From Candidatus Poribacteria bacterium (GTDB taxonomy: Bacteria > Poribacteria > WGA-4E > WGA-3G), in the NCBI GenBank assembly GCA_965198235.1, contig OZ240248.1:3360001-3424000 (forward strand): a DNA stretch of 64,000 nucleotides. Direction: 5' to 3'. This document shows positions 49,252-58,718 of the stretch, in pieces. Every line of letters starts with the position of its first letter. Within the stretch, counting starts at the first letter, position 1. The translations under genes were made by a program, and so were the position numbers. Below the pieces are notes generated by a model. That model was not told the DNA's origin. It saw only the letters and a program-made list of their open reading frames with translations, and searched no databases.

Positions 49252-50115
49252 ATGGCAAACAGTCCAATTCTCAAGGGTGAACCTTTTAGCGAAGAGAAAA
49301 CGGCACAGATTGCCGAACAGTTCTTCCGCGATGGGTTCGTTTACATTCCGGGTGTGTTGACTGAGGGAGAGGTCACCGCGCTACGAGAGAAATCAGATGA
49401 ACTTTTCACTGACCCACAACTTGCAGAGCGAACGAATCCCGACCTCGCGGATGTCAGATACATCCAGATGGGCGCGCACGCCGAATCTAAAGATCCGTTA
49501 CCGTTCATTTTACGGAACACGATTGAGATCGATCCAATCTTTCGGGATATGCTCCTCCGCGAACCGATTCTGAGTTTGGCAGAGGCGATCGTCGGCGAGA
49601 ACTGCAAATTTTGTGGGCAGAATGTCCTACGGAATCTCCCTGGACTCTCGATTGACCAGTGGCATGTTGACGGCTCGGTTCACTTTCCTGTCACCGAGGA
49701 AATGCCGCGCCACGATCTGCGCCTGCGGATGCCTGTGATGTGGTTCACCGTCCAGATGGCGTTGAGCGATATTGATACGCTTGAGGAGGGACCGACGCAA
49801 TACGTCCGTGGCAGTCATTACTCCGGCAGACATCCCAACGATCAGGAAGATCCTGAATTTGAGGGAAATAAGCCGACCTCTATTCTCTGCAAGGCGGGCG
49901 ACATCTACCTACAGGACCCGCAGTGTTGGCATCGCGGCGCACCGAACCTTTCTGGTAAAACACGCTATATCTTACAATCGCAGTACGCCGCCTACTGGGC
50001 CTATTGGCGGTTTAGTCTCTGCAACGGCGTGCCTGTTCCTGAAGACGTTCTGGAAAATGCAGATGATCGGTTGATGAGTCTTTTAGGACGCCCGCGTGTG
50101 AGTGACTTGAATTAA
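49252..50115 (+). CDS. PhyH family dioxygenase
   Basis: WHVD, GPT.YV.GSH, WHRG..N...R. Confidence 0.88.
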   Translation: MANSPILKGEPFSEEKTAQIAEQFFRDGFVYIPGVLTEGEVTALREKSDELFTDPQLAERTNPDLADVRYIQMGAHAESKDPLPFILRNTIEIDPIFRDMLLREPILSLAEAIVGENCKFCGQNVLRNLPGLSIDQWHVDGSVHFPVTEEMPRHDLRLRMPVMWFTVQMALSDIDTLEEGPTQYVRGSHYSGRHPNDQEDPEFEGNKPTSILCKAGDIYLQDPQCWHRGAPNLSGKTRYILQSQYAAYWAYWRFSLCNGVPVPEDVLENADDRLMSLLGRPRVSDLN

Positions 50116-50138
50116 GGGACCAGGAAACGAGGAAAAAT

Positions 50139-51539
50139 ATGGCTAAAACACCACTTCACTTCAGAACGATTACCGAGATCTCGGAAGCGATCGCCTCAAA
50201 ACAGGTGTCGCCTGTAGATATTACGACTGCAATGTTGCAGCGTATCCACGAGCTTGACGGTCGATTGAAGAGTTACGCCACAGTGATGGCGGATTCTGCA
50301 ATGGCTGCCGCACAGAAAGCGGAACGGGAAATTGACGCGGGAATGTCCCGGGGTCCCCTGCACGGTGTGCCGATTGCAGTAAAGGATCTCTGCTTCACGA
50401 AGGGGGTCCGCACAATGGGTGCCGCGAAAGTACTCGCGGATCACGTCCCATCGTTTGATGGTACGGTCATCGCAAAACTTGAAGCAGCGGGTGCCGTTCT
50501 GCTTGGCAAGCTCAACCTGACTGAAGGCGCGATGGGTGGCTACAATCCTGAATTCGACATCCCAAAAAACCCGTGGAATCCTGACCGGTGGACAGGTTCA
50601 TCGTCGAGCGGTTCTGGGGTCGCGACAGCCGCAGGATTATGTTTCGGTTCGCTCGGCAGCGACACAGGCGGTTCAATTCGCTTTCCTTCAGCGGCGTGTG
50701 GGCTTGTAGGTCTGAAGCCGACGTGGGGGAGAGTCAGTCGTTACGGTGTACTCGCGCTCGCCGAATCGATGGACCATGTCGGTCCAATGACGCGAAGTGT
50801 CGCTGATGCCGGGATTATGCTTGAGGTGATCGCTGGATTCGATCCGAACGATCCAACCTCTCTGCCAAATCCTGTACCGAATATGCTTGAGGGAATTGGG
50901 CAAGACATCCAAGAGGTCCGTATCGGGTTCGACGAGAACTATGCTACCAACGATATTGATACTGAACTCGCCGAAGCGGTTCGTGCTGGTGTAGAAGTCT
51001 TGGCAGACCAAGGGGCTGAAATTGTTGAAGTTCAAGTGCCCGATGTGGATGAATACGTCTCTGCATGGCCCACGCTGTGTTCAGCAGAGGCAGTGTTAGC
51101 ACACGCAGCCACCTATCCCTCCCAACGAGATGATTATGCTCCTTGGTTCCGGGGCTGGCTTGATATGGGCGCGAAGGTGACAGGCGCGGGATATGCGAAA
51201 GCGAACAATTTGAGAGCCGCCTGCACGGGACATTTCAGGAGTGTGTTTGAGGGGATTGATGTACTGGTGTGTCCGTCAATGTCTGCCCCACCGCATGTCG
51301 TCACGCCAGAGATGTTATACGGAGCGTACGGAGCCCGGGATCCGAAGTTCCAGCGGTTCACCGTGCCGTTTGACTACAACGGTGCCCCGACGCTATCTGT
51401 GCCGTGTGGCATGAACAGCGAAGGGCTACCGTTGAGCATTCAGTTTGTTGGAAAACACTTGTCAGAGCCGTTGTTATGTCAGGTTGGACACGCTTATGAG
51501 AGTGCTACACCGTGGCACAATCTTCATCCCGATGTATGA
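50139..51539 (+). CDS. Amidase signature family enzyme
   Basis: GVPIAVKD, GSSSGS, GSDTGGSIRFP (Ser-cisSer-Lys triad). Confidence 0.92.
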   Translation: MAKTPLHFRTITEISEAIASKQVSPVDITTAMLQRIHELDGRLKSYATVMADSAMAAAQKAEREIDAGMSRGPLHGVPIAVKDLCFTKGVRTMGAAKVLADHVPSFDGTVIAKLEAAGAVLLGKLNLTEGAMGGYNPEFDIPKNPWNPDRWTGSSSSGSGVATAAGLCFGSLGSDTGGSIRFPSAACGLVGLKPTWGRVSRYGVLALAESMDHVGPMTRSVADAGIMLEVIAGFDPNDPTSLPNPVPNMLEGIGQDIQEVRIGFDENYATNDIDTELAEAVRAGVEVLADQGAEIVEVQVPDVDEYVSAWPTLCSAEAVLAHAATYPSQRDDYAPWFRGWLDMGAKVTGAGYAKANNLRAACTGHFRSVFEGIDVLVCPSMSAPPHVVTPEMLYGAYGARDPKFQRFTVPFDYNGAPTLSVPCGMNSEGLPLSIQFVGKHLSEPLLCQVGHAYESATPWHNLHPDV

Positions 51540-51543
51540 GCGG

Positions 51544-51684
51544 AATAGCGATCAGCGGTCAGGTGTTTTTGATAGGGTGTTTCCCCAGGTTGCTACGCAA
51601 CCCTTTCAGCAATCAGTGGAAGAGACGTTCGGTTAACCGAAGACCTCTTTACCAACTGCTGACTGCTGACTGCTGATAGCCATT
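51544..51684. repeat. Heptamer palindromic element between convergent genes
   Basis: AATAGCGATCAGCGGTCAG...AAGAGACGTTCGGTTAACCGAAGACCTCTTT...CTGCTGACTGCTGACTGCTGATAGCC. Confidence 0.8.
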
Positions 51685-52702
51685 AAAGGTGATACCCCTC
51701 TTTCATCGTTTGGATGCTGTAGAGGCAATTTTCTGCGGTTATATAGAGCGTCTTGCTTGTTTTGCCACGTCCGAAGGCGACGTTAGTGGGTTTATCAGGG
51801 GTCTTGACATAAGCCAGTTCCTCCCCTTCAGGCGAGTACACGCGAACTCCTGGTCGGGTTTCATCTCGCACCGCTACGAAGAGATTTCCTTCAGCATCAA
51901 CCACCATACCGTCTGGACCGTCTTGTGGGGCGTAGTCAACCAGCACTTTTCGGAAAGTCGCTGTGCCTTCCGGTGAGAGGTCATAGGCGAGTAGTGCCAT
52001 ACGTCCTTTACGCAGTGGTACATCATCAGGAAAACTATCCATCGCACCGTTGTCATGACTGATAACGTAAAGGGTTTGCTGATCAGGGGAAACGGCGACA
52101 CCATTCGGTTTGCCAGCATCCGTAACGACGAGATAAATAGAGCCATCTGGATCGATCCGGTAGACTCCAAAGATGGGTTGTTCAACGGGCTCATGCCCGG
52201 CGTACCGGGGGTCGGTAAAATAGATGCGTCCCTGCTCATCAATTGACAAATCGTTGGGCGAATTAAGGGGGCTTCCGTTATACAGACCCGCAATAATTTC
52301 GCTTTTACCCGTCGTTAGATCTGTCCGAGTAATCCTACGTCCCCCAAAATCCGCGCCTTCCGCGATAACCAAGCGACCCTGTGCATCAAACTTCGTACCA
52401 TTAGACATCCCACTCGGAGAACGGAAAACGGTTGTTTCTCCAGTTTCTGGATTGTGTTTCCAGATATGTCCAGCTTGCATATTCGTCTGATCGGTGAAGG
52501 TGATGTCGCTGAAATAGACCGTCCCGTCCGGCGCGACGGAAACGCCTTCCGTAAAATGTGCCCCGTTGAAGAGTTCCTTAAGTTCGGCATCCGGGGCAAA
52601 GATAGTATCATGGCTTGCAGCGTTTCCAATCAACATAGGTGCTAACGCGAAACCTGCCGCAATAGCAGATATGAGAGATTGTGACATATTTAGATTCGGC
52701 AT
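51683..52702 (-). CDS. SMP-30/gluconolactonase family protein, probably exported
   Basis: FTEG, SNG, NSPND, PNG, GPDG, PTN; N-terminal signal-like segment. Confidence 0.9.
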   Translation of the reverse strand: MPNLNMSQSLISAIAAGFALAPMLIGNAASHDTIFAPDAELKELFNGAHFTEGVSVAPDGTVYFSDITFTDQTNMQAGHIWKHNPETGETTVFRSPSGMSNGTKFDAQGRLVIAEGADFGGRRITRTDLTTGKSEIIAGLYNGSPLNSPNDLSIDEQGRIYFTDPRYAGHEPVEQPIFGVYRIDPDGSIYLVVTDAGKPNGVAVSPDQQTLYVISHDNGAMDSFPDDVPLRKGRMALLAYDLSPEGTATFRKVLVDYAPQDGPDGMVVDAEGNLFVAVRDETRPGVRVYSPEGEELAYVKTPDKPTNVAFGRGKTSKTLYITAENCLYSIQTMKEGYHL

Positions 52703-52886
52703 ATTTACTCTCCTTTGTTGTTAACTGTAAACAACGATCCCCGCGCGTATGCCAAAAAGTATACGTTATTTATGCCCCCTTGTCAACAGAAATTCTGTAA
52801 AAAAAATTGCATTTTAATCTAAGTATCACGTATAATATCCATAGAGTATTAACCATGATATAGTGATATGAAAGGAGACTTTGAAG

Positions 52887-53105
52887 ATGAAATTTAACGC
52901 AGTTTTCAAAAAAGTCCCAGAGGGTTACATCGGATTTGTCGAAGAATTGCCCGGTGCGAATACACAAGGTAAAACGCTTGAGGAAACGAGGGCGAATCTC
53001 CGAGAGGCAATCGAACTGACACTTGAGGCGAATCGCGCACTTGCTGAAGAAGACATCGCCGAGTTACAAGATGTCATTCGTGAGCCTATTTCTGTGCGTT
53101 TATGA
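52887..53105 (+). CDS. hicB: HicB-family antitoxin
   Basis: GYIGFVEELPGANTQGKTLEE.R.NLREAI. Confidence 0.85.
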   Translation: MKFNAVFKKVPEGYIGFVEELPGANTQGKTLEETRANLREAIELTLEANRALAEEDIAELQDVIREPISVRL

Positions 53106-53191
53106 AAAGACGCGAGTTCGTTCGCCATCTTGACAGAATCCTACCACACATCAAAAACGGTATTAACCCATTGGATGCGGACCGTGGGTGA
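53102..53191 (+). pseudogene. Truncated HicA toxin
   Basis: ATGA overlap with the hicB stop. MKRREFVRHL is a HicA-like N-terminus, followed by unrelated sequence and a stop after 29 aa. Confidence 0.6.
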
Positions 53192-54179
53192 TCACTCCCT
53201 GACGGGCGTATGCGTAAACGGCATCTTGGATTTCAAGGATACGCACCGCATCTACAACTGTCGGCTCGAAGGTGCCACCGTCTCGGATTGCGTCGAATGC
53301 TTTTCCCATCACACCCTGTGTACGCGCACCGTGAGAGATGTCCTCGCTGAACTGGACCCCTTCGGTTGTATGTACTTCGATCAGAGGTTCACCGTTGCGA
53401 CCGTACTGTTCAAATACGGATGCCTTCGTTCCAATGAATCGAAAGAAATGATCGCCACCGCGTTTACCGGACGGATACGAATAACCGGATTCAATAATCC
53501 CAGTAGTGCCGTCTTCCGTTCGTAGGACACCAATACCACTGTCCTCTACGCCGCGGTTATGCATGGCGTTGGACATAACCCCACCGACGACTGTTATTTC
53601 TCGATTGCCGACAAATTGAAGAAATGTATCGATACCGTGTGCTGCCTCGACTGCCCAACAACCGCCACCCGATATACTCGGAGTGTTATGCCAAGCCGAA
53701 GGGGTCGGATCGTAGCGGGATGGGGGGCCGTTGTTCAACCGGCTGTTGTATAGGACGAGGTCCCCCAAGCTACCGTCAGCGACCATCTCTTTGACGACAC
53801 TCACGATTCGACTCGCACGATTGGGTAGTACAAGCGCGCTGAAGACACCGTGCTTTTCAGATGCCTCAGCGGCTGGACGCAACCGATCGGCACAATCCGC
53901 GAACGGTTTGTCCAAGAGGTAAGGGATACGCCGGTCTACGCATGCCTGCGCATGATCCGGCATCTCAATGTGCTTACCCGCAACGAGAGCCGCGTCCGGT
54001 TTGCTTGCATCAAGACATGCTGCTGCTGTCTCAAATCCGGGACATTGAAAATCGTCTGACAACTGTTGTCGAGGTTCCGCTTCGGCATCCATGACCCCTA
54101 CAATCTCGTGTTCGAGTCCATGCGCCGTGCGTGCCATACTGCGTCCGTGGTGACTATAGGAAAGAACAACCAATTTCAT
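53163..54179 (-). CDS. Gfo/Idh/MocA family oxidoreductase
   Basis: DKPFA, GGGCWAVEAAHGID, VEDSG. Confidence 0.82.
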   Translation of the reverse strand: MKLVVLSYSHHGRSMARTAHGLEHEIVGVMDAEAEPRQQLSDDFQCPGFETAAACLDASKPDAALVAGKHIEMPDHAQACVDRRIPYLLDKPFADCADRLRPAAEASEKHGVFSALVLPNRASRIVSVVKEMVADGSLGDLVLYNSRLNNGPPSRYDPTPSAWHNTPSISGGGCWAVEAAHGIDTFLQFVGNREITVVGGVMSNAMHNRGVEDSGIGVLRTEDGTTGIIESGYSYPSGKRGGDHFFRFIGTKASVFEQYGRNGEPLIEVHTTEGVQFSEDISHGARTQGVMGKAFDAIRDGGTFEPTVVDAVRILEIQDAVYAYARQGVITHGPHPMG

Positions 54180-54300
54180 TTTTTAATTATTCCTTGCGGT
54201 TCGGTAAGGGGAGTTAGGGATTTCACGTGCCCTTGCGTAGATCTGCCTGCACCGTTGTTGCAGGCTACGGCTCCGTTAAACCCATTTTCAATTATTCCTT
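54180..54300 (-). repeat. 'ACCGAACCGCAAGG' family element flanked by a duplicated AAGGAATAATT.AAAATG
   Basis: Direct repeats at 54177-54195 and 54283-54300. Confidence 0.75.
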
Positions 54301-54321
54301 AAAGCAATACATTAAAAACTT

Positions 54322-56271
54322 TCATCTATAAAATGAATACATCGGCATCCCTGTGAAGAGTCGAATCAGCACCCATACGCCACCTACCATGAATTCGCCG
54401 AGAATTAAACCTAAAAAGAGCGGATACGCTTTGCGATAAAGGCGAATTCCACCCACTTTCAGTAAGATTGTTTTGACCCCCCAACTGATGAGTATCGAAA
54501 ACCACAGCCGACCGATCGTCGATCTTTCGCCAGCGACCATATAACCGGCAGGATGGAGGGGCCAGAACGGAAACAGCGTTCGTAACCACCAAAAGAAACC
54601 GGTGAAAAGTGCGCCGATGCCTATAAAAATCACGGCAGGAATATCGGTATCAACGGGGTGGTAGATCCAACTTTGCAAAAGGTTATAACCACCAGTGCCA
54701 AGGTCACTCACAACACCGATTTTGTATCCAACGACGAAATATGCCCAAAACGATGCCAGGATCCCGATCACCGCGGCGAACATCATCGCTACAATTAATC
54801 TGCCGGAGCGCATGCCTGTCTCCTCGGCGAGTTTGAAACCTTCAAGTGTATGCGGCATCGGATGCGCGCGCGAGCCACGATTGAAGGTGAGATAGAGACG
54901 CATCATCGTTAAACTGCCATGCGAAATCAATCGGGTCCCAAAAATATCTGTGAGGATATCGTGAGGCGTTGCATAAGTGCGTATCGTCGGCGGTCCGACT
55001 TCAGCACGGATACGCGCCAGACTCATCGCTAACAGGTAATAGATTAAAAAGTAGAGCCCGATTGTCCAGAGTTCCATCCCACCGTGTCGTGAAAAGGCGA
55101 ACAGGAAAAACAAGCCGCAGACTAACCCAATTGCCGCCCAGCGATAGCGTATCGGTTCTTTGCTGTCGTCGATGTCGCCTGGTGACTTACGCCACCGAAA
55201 AATATACTTGAGAAGCCTAAGAAAGTAGCGGCGTCCGCCCCAAAGTGCGAGACAAGCAAGCACAAGGTAACCCCCCATAACTTGTTGCCAGTCGTAGGGG
55301 AACCCCGGCATAACGTCAAGTCCGAGTGCACTACCCAGTATCCGTTGTGCTTTCCAGAACCAGTAAAAAAACCAAATTGAAAATGACATTTCCAGTGGCA
55401 TCAGATAAGCGAGTCCAACGGCGAACGAACGGATATAAACCGGGGTCCAACCGATCGAATTCCACGGTTTCTGTGTGAAGTATTGACCAATTTCGGCGTG
55501 CCGCACCGGGATTTCAGGAATCTCTGGGAAAAGGACCTGGAGACCATTGATGAGGTTGATACCGCCTGCAATTGAAAACCCAAGCCACATCATCGGTGAT
55601 CGAAAAAGTCGTCCGTCGAGCCTTGTCATTTCCAACGGCAATTGCACAATAGGGTAGGTCAACCGTTCATGCTCGATCCACTGTTTTCGGAGAAAAACAT
55701 CCAAGCAGATCATCACCCAGATGAGGACGGTCAGAAAGATAGTCCACCAGAGAATCGGACGTAACCACCCCCGCAGATGCACCATCCTGTAAATAGTGCT
55801 CTCTCCGTCATAGAACGCCTGCAGGCTTGCCTCATCGTTGGATGTGAGCCATGGCGGGAGATACCGCCAGAACAGTTGTCTCCATTCATTTTCAGGGGTT
55901 GCGAACCAGTAACCGTCGGATATCGTTGGAATAACTGTTTGCATCATGTCGTGTCCCGCGATCGCCGATGAGAGTGATAATATCACGAAGACCGTCAGGA
56001 GTTCACCCTGTCTCAGAGCGAACCGGGGCAGAAACCGATTCAGCAAAAGGTTGAAGGGGATGAGCACCATCAACGTGATAATCACGTTATAGATGAGGGA
56101 CATCGTCGTCGGGAGGGTGCTCCAGAATTTGAGGTGGTTTGCCATGATGAAGTAGGTATTCGCTGGAATCAGTAGCAAACCGAGTATAATGGCACGAAAT
56201 GTTACGCCGGGATGGGAATTTTGATTGGCACAAGCCTTTATAGGCTTGTGGGACAATGTTGCGTTTGCCAT
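54322..56271 (-). CDS. DUF6785/DUF6784-like polytopic membrane protein, paralog 3
   Basis: GHDMMQ, WFATPENEW, RKQWIEHERLTYP, HPMPHTLEGFK, WPLHPAGY, LFLGLILGE. Confidence 0.75.
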   Translation of the reverse strand: MANATLSHKPIKACANQNSHPGVTFRAIILGLLLIPANTYFIMANHLKFWSTLPTTMSLIYNVIITLMVLIPFNLLLNRFLPRFALRQGELLTVFVILSLSSAIAGHDMMQTVIPTISDGYWFATPENEWRQLFWRYLPPWLTSNDEASLQAFYDGESTIYRMVHLRGWLRPILWWTIFLTVLIWVMICLDVFLRKQWIEHERLTYPIVQLPLEMTRLDGRLFRSPMMWLGFSIAGGINLINGLQVLFPEIPEIPVRHAEIGQYFTQKPWNSIGWTPVYIRSFAVGLAYLMPLEMSFSIWFFYWFWKAQRILGSALGLDVMPGFPYDWQQVMGGYLVLACLALWGGRRYFLRLLKYIFRWRKSPGDIDDSKEPIRYRWAAIGLVCGLFFLFAFSRHGGMELWTIGLYFLIYYLLAMSLARIRAEVGPPTIRTYATPHDILTDIFGTRLISHGSLTMMRLYLTFNRGSRAHPMPHTLEGFKLAEETGMRSGRLIVAMMFAAVIGILASFWAYFVVGYKIGVVSDLGTGGYNLLQSWIYHPVDTDIPAVIFIGIGALFTGFFWWLRTLFPFWPLHPAGYMVAGERSTIGRLWFSILISWGVKTILLKVGGIRLYRKAYPLFLGLILGEFMVGGVWVLIRLFTGMPMYSFYR

Positions 56272-56333
56272 AAATGGACTGGACTTAGGGTTTGTAATGG
56301 AGCAATTTATTATTGATGATTATAGCACAATTC

Positions 56334-58109
56334 CTATTTTACATCTCCCACTTTTTTCAGTTTCCTTCTCGTATGCCAATACGCAAACTGCCGGAGATAG
56401 TAACCGACATTTTTGGGAATTTTCTCAAACTCTGGCACGAACGGACACACCCCACCGAGTACCACTAATTCCACCTTGGCACGCGTCATCGCGACATAGA
56501 AGACGCGACGCTCCTCTGCAAGTTTATTATCACGACGCGGGAAACGCCGCTCCAATGTGTTATGGATGAGAATAACCTTTTCCCATTCCCTACCTTTGGC
56601 TTTATGGATTGTCGTCACCTCAACAGAGTTCGCGTGTTTGGCAAGCATCTCTTGAATCTGGTCGGTTTCGTAGTTCGTGCGCGCCAAAACAGCGGTTTCC
56701 TGAGACGGTTTCAATTCACGGCGTAAGAGGGTTTCTATAGTTTGAGGGGTTGTCTCAACGATTTTTATCTCCTGCTGTAGCGGATTGTGAGCGCGAAGGT
56801 TTTTACGAATTCGTTGCTCGTTTCGCTCAATCAAGGCTCTTGCGTGTTCAACAATCGTTGATGTAGAGCGATAGTTACGCGTGATTTCGTATTTTGTGAC
56901 ATCCCGCTGATCGGTGAATGTTTGCATGATTTCGGAATCGCCACCACGAAATCCGTAAATGGCTTGATCGTCGTCGCCGACAGCAAAGAGGTTCTCTGAT
57001 AAGAGCGAAATCAGTCGGAAGTCGGCTGGTGCAATATCTTGGAATTCATCAACGAGCAGATACGGGTATGTGTCGCGGTAGGTTTGGCGGAGATCCGGAC
57101 ACGTCTCAAGCAAGTTCGCGGCATGGATAATCATATCCTCAAAATCGACAGCGTTTGCCTCGGTTTTGAGCGTTTCGTATTTTACAGCAAACGCTTGCGC
57201 TACGGGATCATCAAGCGTCGTTGGGTCGAACAATCCTGTGGTAACCTGTCGTTTCGCTCGCATGACGGTCTCTTTTATGTCGTTGAAGCGGTCCCGGAGG
57301 TTCTCAAAGTCGGGATCTCTATCGAGGTGTTCTTTGTATGGAATCTCAAAATGCTGGCAGAACATTTCGAGAATGAGTTGGTTGCTATACTGCACACGCA
57401 AGGGATCGGCACGATTAAACACGGCTGCACGCTTTCTGTAGAACGCAATCCAGTGTGCCTCGCGAAGATTCGCCTTTCTCCCTGGAACCCGTTCAAGCAC
57501 CTCAAAACTGAATTGTAACTCACCTTCAGATCGGATTGCTTGTCGAAGTCTATCGTTTGATGAGTGGTCGAAGTGCTCCTTCCGTCGCCGATCTGGGTTT
57601 ATGGTCTGTCCGATGTAACACCTGCCGGTCCTTTTGCTTTCTATTTTATAGATGGCGACTGAGGTGGTGGAGGCTTCCCACTCAATCTGTGTCTGTTCTT
57701 CTGCGATGATTTCGTCTATCTGTCCCGTCCAGATATCAGGCTCTTGATTAAATCCTGCGCGTTCATAGTTTTCAGTGATAATATCTTTACCGAAGGCATG
57801 AAGTGTCCGGATTTCAGGTTTTTTATATGTTTCAATTTTATTATAGGGTTTTGATAATGCGGGTTCGCGCGCTTCGGTCAAGTAAGATTTGGCTTGCAAG
57901 CTGCGCAAAATGCGCGTCTCCATCTCTTCGACTGCTTTTCTATTAAAGGCAATAGCGAGGATCTGTGAGGGTGGGATGTTGTGCGTCTGGATAAGGTTCA
58001 GAATCCGTGCCGTTACGACTGTCGTTTTACCGCTGCCGGGTCCTGCGATGACGATAGCGGGACCTGTAACGTGATTCACGGCTTTTTCTTGGTTTCTATC
58101 AAGTCTCAT
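56334..58109 (-). CDS. UvrD/Rep-like SF1A helicase with inserted GIY-YIG nuclease domain
   Basis: AGPGSGKT, AFNRKA, TLHAFG, DEFQD, VGDDDQAIYGFRG, NYRS, TIHKAKGREW, EERRVFYVAMTRA; insert AIYKIE...CYIGQT...RR.EH...E...FN. Confidence 0.88.
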   Translation of the reverse strand: MRLDRNQEKAVNHVTGPAIVIAGPGSGKTTVVTARILNLIQTHNIPPSQILAIAFNRKAVEEMETRILRSLQAKSYLTEAREPALSKPYNKIETYKKPEIRTLHAFGKDIITENYERAGFNQEPDIWTGQIDEIIAEEQTQIEWEASTTSVAIYKIESKRTGRCYIGQTINPDRRRKEHFDHSSNDRLRQAIRSEGELQFSFEVLERVPGRKANLREAHWIAFYRKRAAVFNRADPLRVQYSNQLILEMFCQHFEIPYKEHLDRDPDFENLRDRFNDIKETVMRAKRQVTTGLFDPTTLDDPVAQAFAVKYETLKTEANAVDFEDMIIHAANLLETCPDLRQTYRDTYPYLLVDEFQDIAPADFRLISLLSENLFAVGDDDQAIYGFRGGDSEIMQTFTDQRDVTKYEITRNYRSTSTIVEHARALIERNEQRIRKNLRAHNPLQQEIKIVETTPQTIETLLRRELKPSQETAVLARTNYETDQIQEMLAKHANSVEVTTIHKAKGREWEKVILIHNTLERRFPRRDNKLAEERRVFYVAMTRAKVELVVLGGVCPFVPEFEKIPKNVGYYLRQFAYWHTRRKLKKVGDVK

Positions 58110-58119
58110 ATAGTTAAAT

Positions 58120-58554
58120 TCACTTTGGCATGCGCCGTACCCATAACAGCAACGCTACATTCATCGCACCGATAAAGCCGAAAACATAGGATTGAATGCC
58201 TACCAATGTGTCAAGCGACCGGATGAGGATCGTACATAGGATTGGTAGACCGAGTGCCGAGCAGGTGTAAAAGGTCAGAAGTTTCGCACCTTTTGCTTCC
58301 CAGAAGGTTATCTGCCGCCTTAAAACCTGTAGATACGATTGATCCCACAGACGCGATGTCCACTTCCCCTGCATGAAACCCAAACCGATCCCTAAGCCGT
58401 AGCCGAAACTCGACCACCGGAGGTCAATCCGTACATCCTGTGAAACGACAACTATCCAAAGTAGTTGCCCCAACACCGAAAGAACGATGAATGCCCAAAA
58501 AACAGGCAATTTCATATAGAATGGAAGTAGATGTCGCGATAACTTGTTTTGCAT
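58120..58554 (-). CDS. Hypothetical membrane protein (about 4 TM)
   Basis: 144 aa with four hydrophobic segments; stop 10 bp before the helicase start. Confidence 0.7.
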   Translation of the reverse strand: MQNKLSRHLLPFYMKLPVFWAFIVLSVLGQLLWIVVVSQDVRIDLRWSSFGYGLGIGLGFMQGKWTSRLWDQSYLQVLRRQITFWEAKGAKLLTFYTCSALGLPILCTILIRSLDTLVGIQSYVFGFIGAMNVALLLWVRRMPK

Positions 58555-58672
58555 TTTTTAATTTATTGCTCCTGGGCTGCTGCTGCATCGCAGTGAGATT
58601 TTGCTTCGCAGTGAGAATGCAGGTTTCCGGTTAATTCGCGACAGGGTTTGGGGATCGGTCGGTTCTTTAAAT
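58555..58672. repeat. Copy of the left arm of the 9324-9546 element, abutting an ATG
   Basis: TTTTTAATT..CTCCTGGGCTGC..GCAGGTTTCCGGTTAATT vs TTTTTTAAAT..CTCCTAGGCCGC..GCAAGTTTCAGGTCAATT. Confidence 0.55.
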
Positions 58673-58718
58673 TAATGCTTATGGCTCAATGGGGTGTGGT
58701 CAGGCACAAGACTTGTCC

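Noticed and set aside
50139-51539. gatA assignment
   Set aside because: No gatB/gatC neighbours and a catabolic context; called a generic amidase.
57410-57660. Intein or group I intron carrying a homing endonuclease in the helicase
   Set aside because: No recognisable intein N-terminal block or His-Asn/Cys-Ser-Thr junction, and the frame is continuous with no room for intron RNA structure.
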